Source: Octopus sinensis
Lineage: Eukaryota
Length of the DNA: 13,357 nucleotides
NCBI RefSeq assembly: GCF_006345805.1
Contig: NW_021826194.1
Coordinates: 1 to 13,357 of the forward strand
Direction of reading: 5' to 3'
The position numbers and the translations under genes are program-made. Below, one piece after another: positions 8,846 to 13,357 of this stretch. Numbering within the stretch: the stretch's first letter is position 1; every line of letters begins with the position of its first letter. The notes beneath the pieces were generated by a model that made no database searches, had not been told where the DNA came from, and saw only the letters and a list, made by a program, of their open reading frames with translations.

Positions 8846-8948
8846 GTACTACTAATACTAAACACGTTTGGTGTGCTTTGAGGGAGATTTGGCTGCTATT
8901 TTTTATCGATATTTACATTATCAGTAGTTATTTTATCGGTCCCTATCT
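8846..8948 (+). repeat. Copy 1 of a roughly 100-bp local repeat
   Basis: Inverted relative to 9670-9771 (2 differences) and direct relative to 9444-9527. Confidence 0.92.
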
Positions 8949-8963
8949 CTTTTGCAAAGTTTA

Positions 8964-9129
8964 TAGGCGCAGGTTTTGCTGTGTGGTAAGAAGCTTGCTT
9001 CCCAACCACATGGTTCCGGGTTCAGTCCCACAGCGTGGCACCTTCAGCAGTGTCTTCTACTATAGCTTCGAACCGACCAAAGCCTTCTGCGTAGATTTGG
9101 TAGACGGAAGCTGAAAGAAGCCCGTCGTA
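8964..9129 (+). mobile_element. CORE-type SINE, full head and body
   Basis: taggcgcagg…gctgtgtggtaagaagcttgc…ggttcagtcccac…ctgaaagaagcccgtcgta; about 83% identical by eye to the reverse complement of 8519-8686. Confidence 0.9.
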
Positions 9130-9202
9130 TATATATATATATAGTATATATATATATATATATATACACATACATACATATGCATATATATACATACATA
9201 CA

Positions 9203-9233
<31 letters not shown>

Positions 9234-9340
9234 GCCTATATATATATATTTATATATACATACATATGCATATATATATGTATACATACATATATATATG
9301 TATGTATGTATGTATGTATTATATATGCGTATGTGTGTGT
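9130..9340. repeat. (TA)/(TACA)/(TATG)/(TG) microsatellite inside the composite SINE
   Basis: Direct reading. Confidence 0.92.
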
Positions 9341-9442
9341 GTCGGTGTTTGTCTCCCCACCATCGCTTGGCAACCGATGTTGATGTGTTTATGTCCCCGT
9401 AACTTAGCGATTCGGCAAAAGGTTCCGATAAAATAACTACTA
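9341..9442 (+). mobile_element. SINE 3' module, first part (interrupted)
   Basis: catcgcttggcaaccgatg…gtccccgtaacttagcgattcggcaaaa…ccgataaaataactacta is the reverse complement of 1595-1668. Confidence 0.85.
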
Positions 9443-9443
9443 T

Positions 9444-9771
9444 ACGTTTGGTTTGCTTTAAGGGAGATTTGGCTGCTATTTTTATCGATACTTACATTAT
9501 CAGTAGATATTTTATCGGTTCCTATCTCTACCATCGAATAGTAAAAAGAACAATCTCAAAGTTCTCGTTTACGCTGTATGAGCACGTAACGGGGAGTCGA
9601 AACCGAATCGCTGGGTAACCAGCCAGATATCATAACCATTTCACGTGATCGGTCCATCAAGCAACTTACAGATAGGGACCGATAAAATAACTACTGATAA
9701 TGTAAGTATCGATAAAAATAGCAGCCAAATCTCCCTCAAAGCACACCAAACGTGTTTAGTATTAGTAGTAC
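9444..9771. repeat. Foldback insertion: 84-bp arm (9444-9527) + spacer + inverted arm (9670-9771), splitting a SINE
   Basis: Arms complementary with 4 mismatches over 84 bp. SINE sequence resumes at 9772. Confidence 0.85.
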
Positions 9772-9842
9772 GCTTACAAAGGATGAGTCTTCAGGTCGAA
9801 TTGTTTGACTACACCCTTAAAGGGGATGCCGTAAACATGGCC
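9772..9842 (+). mobile_element. SINE 3' module, resumed and diverged part
   Basis: gcttacaaag…gagtc…ggtcga.ttgtttgact…aagg…catggcc continues the module as read from the reverse complement of 1491-1668. Confidence 0.7.
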
Positions 9843-9944
9843 TTCTTCAGCGATGTGACACTGGAAGCGGCTGGATTGTACAGACGCAGAACCCAACAGC
9901 AGCAACCACTTGGCGGTAACCTCAGGATTCATAGGGTTGTAGTA

Positions 9945-10102
9945 TACTCTTTACTCTTTACTCTTTACTCTTTTACTTGTTTCAGTCATTTGACTGCGGC
10001 CATGCTGGAGCACCGCCTTTAATCGAGCAACTCGACCCCGGGACTTATTCTTTTGTAAGCCCAGTACTTATTCTATCGGTCTCTTTTGCCGAACCGCTAA
10101 GT
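9945..10102 (-). mobile_element. SINE 3' module with a tandem-repeat tail (AAGAGTA)4
   Basis: (TACTCTT)x4 at 9945-9972 on plus, followed by the same sequence as 1498-1632. Confidence 0.88.
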
Positions 10103-10266
10103 ATTTACTTTGTTTTCGTTCTGAGTTCAAATCCCGCCAGAAATCGACTTTTGCCTTTCATCCTTTCGAGGTCGATAAATTAAGTATCACTTGCGTACTG
10201 GGGTCGATCTAATCGACTGGCCTCCTGCCCCAAAATTTCAGGCCCTGTGCCTAGAGTAGAAAAGAA
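10103..10266 (+). mobile_element. 5'-truncated tRNA-derived SINE (family of 972-1182)
   Basis: B-box GAGTTCAAATCC (10123-10134), central gcctttcatcctttcgaggtcgataaattaagta, 3' ctggggtcgatctaatcgact…gtgcctagagtagaaaag. Confidence 0.88.
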
Positions 10267-10299
10267 TATATTTATTTTGTTATATTCTCACTGCGTATA

Positions 10300-10472
10300 C
10301 AGCATGGCAACTGTGTGTATGTACATTAATGCTACATACATACATACATTCATACATGCGTATCCACACATACACACACATACGTGCCGTATCCAAACAC
10401 ATGCACATATATTTGTGTGTATACATACATACATAATACAGACTATATATATATATGTATATATATATATAT

Positions 10473-10529
<57 letters not shown>

Positions 10530-10705
10530 CATATATATATATATAATATATGTATATATACATATAGACACACAAATACATAATGTATTTCTGTGTATAT
10601 ATAAACGGACGAGCACACACACACATATATATATATATACCTATATGAACGTATGTACGTATGTATATTATAATATATTTTTCTAACATACAAGTGTATA
10701 TACAA
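10300..10705. repeat. Compound TACA/TA/CA microsatellite field
   Basis: Direct reading. Confidence 0.92.
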
Positions 10706-11039
10706 ATCTGTCAATATCGTTTAGCATCTCCATAGGTGAGCTATTAATCAACAAATTTAAGAGGAAAACACCAACAAAGAATTAATTAGTAACATTACTC
10801 AATCACCAATTAAGTGCAAATCACAGTTTAGCGTTAATAGGTAGTTTTTGACAAAATTTTTTCATTCCTTTTCTTTTCTTTTTTTTTTTTGACTCTTGGT
10901 TCTTTGGAACTCACTTATCTCTTCTCGTTCTCCTCCTCTTCTTACCAATAACTGTAGAATTTTATTTATATCAAAGCTGTTATTTTTCGCAACAATTCTT
11001 CATGTCTTTCCTTGTTTCAATGTCAATGAGTTTTGGTTG

Positions 11040-11150
11040 CTTTTTTGTCGTTGGAGCAGCTGCTGTTGTTTTCGTTGTTGTGTTTTGTTCTTGTCGTTGT
11101 TGGTCGTTGTTACTGCTTTTGTTGTTGTTGTTGTTGTTGTTGGGAATTTT
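11040..11150. repeat. (GTT)n low-complexity tract
   Basis: Direct reading. Confidence 0.85.
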
Positions 11151-11231
11151 ATTGTCTTCGTGTTGAGGCAATGGATTGGCAGAATTATCAATTATCGAAA
11201 GAGTGATTTGACAAAAAATTATACATACATA

Positions 11232-11310
11232 TATAGAGAGCGAGAGAGAAAGAGGAAAGAGAGACAGTGGGAGAGAAGGATGGAGAGAGAAATACAGAGA
11301 GAGGGGGGAT
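11232..11310. repeat. Degenerate (GA)n tract
   Basis: Direct reading. Confidence 0.85.
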
Positions 11311-11478
11311 AAAGACAGAATAATAAAGCAGGGAAAGAAAAGCACATTTGTGGTATTTGGGTCAGCTTTGTTTCTCATCCTTTTGGAATTGATCATTCAA
11401 AGTAACATTTAAGAAAGTCTTGGGAATCAATATTGCTGACAACAAATTTCATGCCAAAATCTCTAGTCTACCACTTAC

Positions 11479-11580
11479 AATTGAAATTGTTATTTTTATC
11501 GAATTAAGCACTTTAAGAAGACATAAACCACCACAAATGATTGAATAAAGACTTTGATTATTAAATATCAAAACAAAGAA
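11479..11580 (-). other. Candidate 102-nt internal exon, FFVLIFNNQSLYSIICGGLCLLKVLNSIKITISI, phase 0-0 (speculative)
   Basis: Acceptor atatttttccag| (11581-11583 = CAG on minus), donor |GTAAGT (11478-11473). Only frame 0 is open. Product not recognised. Confidence 0.28.
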
Positions 11581-11701
11581 CTGGAAAAATATATTTGGTA
11601 TATTTTTAATTCCATGTTACACTTATTTCATTACAGGATAAGAAGGAGTTACAATGGTTATACATGTAGTAAAAACATGTATAGAATCTCCTATCCATAA
11701 T

Positions 11702-11751
11702 TCTTCAGATATCCCAGAGTATGGGATATACCAGAAACAGCTGTAAAGACT
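11702..11751 (+). ncRNA. Decayed hammerhead-like motif related to hairpin 2
   Basis: Helix I tctt/aaga; core CAGATA (decayed CUGANGA); stem atatccca-gagta-tgggatat; GAAAC-AGCT-GT-A. Shares ccagaaacagctgtaa-gact with 8072-8091. Confidence 0.4.
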
Positions 11752-11810
11752 TTGAATTTTTTTCCAATAATAATAAGAAGAAGAAGGAGAAGGAGAAGAG
11801 GAAGGAGAAG

Positions 11811-11971
11811 AAGACTAAAATAATACCTGTTGTCATAGGTGCCCTAGGAATGATAACAAAGGGGCTGATTGCTACCTAACTCAGATACCAGGAAACCAAA
11901 AAATGGTAGAAATTCAAAAGATAGTGCTTATGAGAACTGCTCATATCCTACGGAAAATACTTTCTAAGTAA
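11811..11971 (+). pseudogene. Frameshifted C-terminal fragment of a restriction-like-endonuclease retrotransposon ORF
   Basis: The IPVVIGALG and QKxxLxxTxxILRKxL motifs are typical of RLE-clade C-termini. 1-bp deletion at about 11859-11861. Confidence 0.8.
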
Positions 11972-12161
11972 TTTCAAGTTTTTTAAACAAACATAATTTT
12001 CGTATGTTTTTTTTAGACATTCACTAGTACAACACTAAGTACAAAACCAAATATATGGCACCCTAGGCATAACACCAACATGAACTTCCAACTTGTTGTC
12101 TCTTGAGGTCTCTGGGGGAGACTTGGAGCCAACTTGTGCACATGTAAAGCAAAAGTCAAAC

Positions 12162-12164
<3 letters not shown>
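11811..12164 (+). mobile_element. 5'-truncated R4/Dong-clade non-LTR retrotransposon, element A (RLE C-terminus + 3' UTR)
   Basis: Encodes KTKIIPVVIGALGMIT / GADCYLTQIPGNQKMVEIQKIVLMRTAHILRKILSK* (stop 11969-11971). 3' UTR hairpin at 12106-12124. Ends directly in (TAA)24. Confidence 0.85.

Positions 12165-12236
<72 letters not shown>
12165..12236 (+). repeat. (TAA)24 microsatellite, tail/target between the two elements
   Basis: Perfect 72-bp run. Confidence 0.97.
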
Positions 12237-12238
<2 letters not shown>

Positions 12239-12440
12239 TAAAGACCTACTCATTGAAATTGAGAAAATGTGGCATCTCAAGGCGGTTACAATACCAGTGA
12301 TCGTAGGAGCACTAGGAATGATCAAGAAGGGAACCGAAAATTATATGAGAATGATCCCTGGCTTACCATCCCTGCAGGAAGTGCAAAAGATTGTCTTAAC
12401 TGGTACATCACACGTATTGAGAAGAGCATTGTCGATGTGA
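12237..12440 (+). pseudogene. 67-codon C-terminal RLE fragment YKDLLIEIEKMWHLKAVTIPVIVGALGMIKKGTENYMRMIPGLPSLQEVQKIVLTGTSHVLRRALSM*
   Basis: Manual translation; 28/53 identical to element A over the shared region. The frame is not in the supplied ORF track. Confidence 0.85.
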
Positions 12441-12606
12441 GAACTGTTGCTGCTCATGCATTTTAATTTAACTTAAAAAAAAAAAAATGAACGAACTACT
12501 GAGTTTGGTTTAATGGCCTACCAATGTATACTATGAGTTTCTTTGCCCTAGAGTCGGGAAGACACTCGGCAAGAAATGGAAGCAAATTTGAAAGAAGAAA
12601 AAAAAG
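12237..12606 (+). mobile_element. 5'-truncated R4/Dong-clade element B (RLE C-terminus + 3' UTR), followed by (TAA)6 at 12607-12624
   Basis: Uninterrupted frame 12237-12440. 3' UTR stem-loop ttgcc…gagt…actc-ggcaa (12543-12572). TAA runs on both sides. Confidence 0.88.
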
Positions 12607-12813
12607 TAATAATAATAATAATAATGTATATGACTTGAGATGCTTGCCTTGCCTTAATGTTTGTTGTCCTTTTTAACAATTATATACTCGCTATATCGGA
12701 AAACTGCAATGGCTCCATAACTACCGTCTCGGCGATAAATATTCATAAACATAATTCACCAGAAATCCAAAATATTATGTATATATCTCATTCAACATAA
12801 AACATCTACTTAC

Positions 12814-12921
12814 ATATTTTTGATCTGATGTGAACATGTAGATGTGTTTCGCGATAACATAGTTTTGATTACGATCACTAATATGCACGACTTTGAATAT
12901 TATAGACTTTAATGGAGACAT
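12814..12921 (-). other. Candidate first coding exon, MSPLKSIIFKVVHISDRNQNYVIAKHIYMFTSDQKY (speculative)
   Basis: ATG at 12921-12919, 36 open codons ending in phase 0 at |GTAAGT (12813-12808), in-frame stop shortly upstream. Product not recognised. Confidence 0.22.
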
Positions 12922-13231
12922 AACAATATTTATTTTTCTTTAACAACGCATTTAGATATTTGTTATTAGCGGTGGAAGCGGTGTTGGTTCAAATTAACAA
13001 TCTGTGAATCAAACTTAAAGTAGAAATAGATTTAGCGTGTTACATCTTTTGTTTAAAGCGGGACATACTCTTCGGTATGAAAAATGGCCTTTTTACAGTT
13101 AAAAAGATACCAAACATATTGAATTAATCGCAAAGTTTGTTCATTATGTTTATTTCCCAACACCACTTTGCACATCAACAATTTACATTTATAGATTTAT
13201 AAAAGTATCAATAAGACAATGGAATTGATCG

Positions 13232-13355
13232 ACGGAAGTTCTTATCAAAAATATAAAACCAAAACCGGAAGCAGGTATAGCATCCATCAATTAATAAAGA
13301 GATGACAGAAAAGTAAAGTCCGGTAACTACAGGAAGTGATCTTCAGAACGGAAGC
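13232..13355 (+). promoter_or_regulatory. Cluster of four ETS-type GGAAG motifs, possible promoter
   Basis: ACGGAAGT (13232), ACCGGAAGC (13264), CAGGAAGTG (13330) and ACGGAAGC (13348), all in one orientation in unique AT-rich DNA. Confidence 0.35.
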
Positions 13356-13357
13356 TA

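Noticed and set aside
8846-9771. Repeated units as a CRISPR-like array
   Set aside because: Eukaryotic context, mixed orientations, irregular spacing and no cas genes.
12165-12236. (TAA)n as telomeric or coding (poly-Asn/Tyr) sequence
   Set aside because: It is a simple microsatellite best explained as the retrotransposon tail/target.
12269-12466. 65-aa ORF MASQGG… in the track
   Set aside because: Wrong frame; the conserved retrotransposon frame is 12237-12440.
12814-12921. Faint likeness of the candidate peptide to NR2C2AP (RN…KH…SDQ) or a metallophosphoesterase HISD motif
   Set aside because: Spacing and key residues do not match, so no gene symbol was assigned.

Overview
Eukaryotic, very repeat-rich genomic DNA, most consistent with an octopus or other coleoid cephalopod (inferred from the tRNA-derived/CORE-type SINE families and the extreme microsatellite density). 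None of the ORFs in the supplied track is a credible protein: they are translations of microsatellites, low-complexity tracts or SINEs. The window holds about a dozen SINE copies or fragments of three module types, a 240-bp hAT/Charlie-like MITE, and several hammerhead-ribozyme-like motifs of the minimal Penelope-like type. It also has a cluster of long inverted repeats at 7.4-9.8 kb, one of which folds back inside a hammerhead. Near 11.8-12.6 kb, two different 5'-truncated R4/Dong-type RLE retrotransposon ends sit in tandem in a (TAA)n target; the ORF track missed their real frame. There is weak, speculative evidence for a minus-strand spliced gene with an ETS-motif-rich promoter at the right end. 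All alignments and folds were done by eye.
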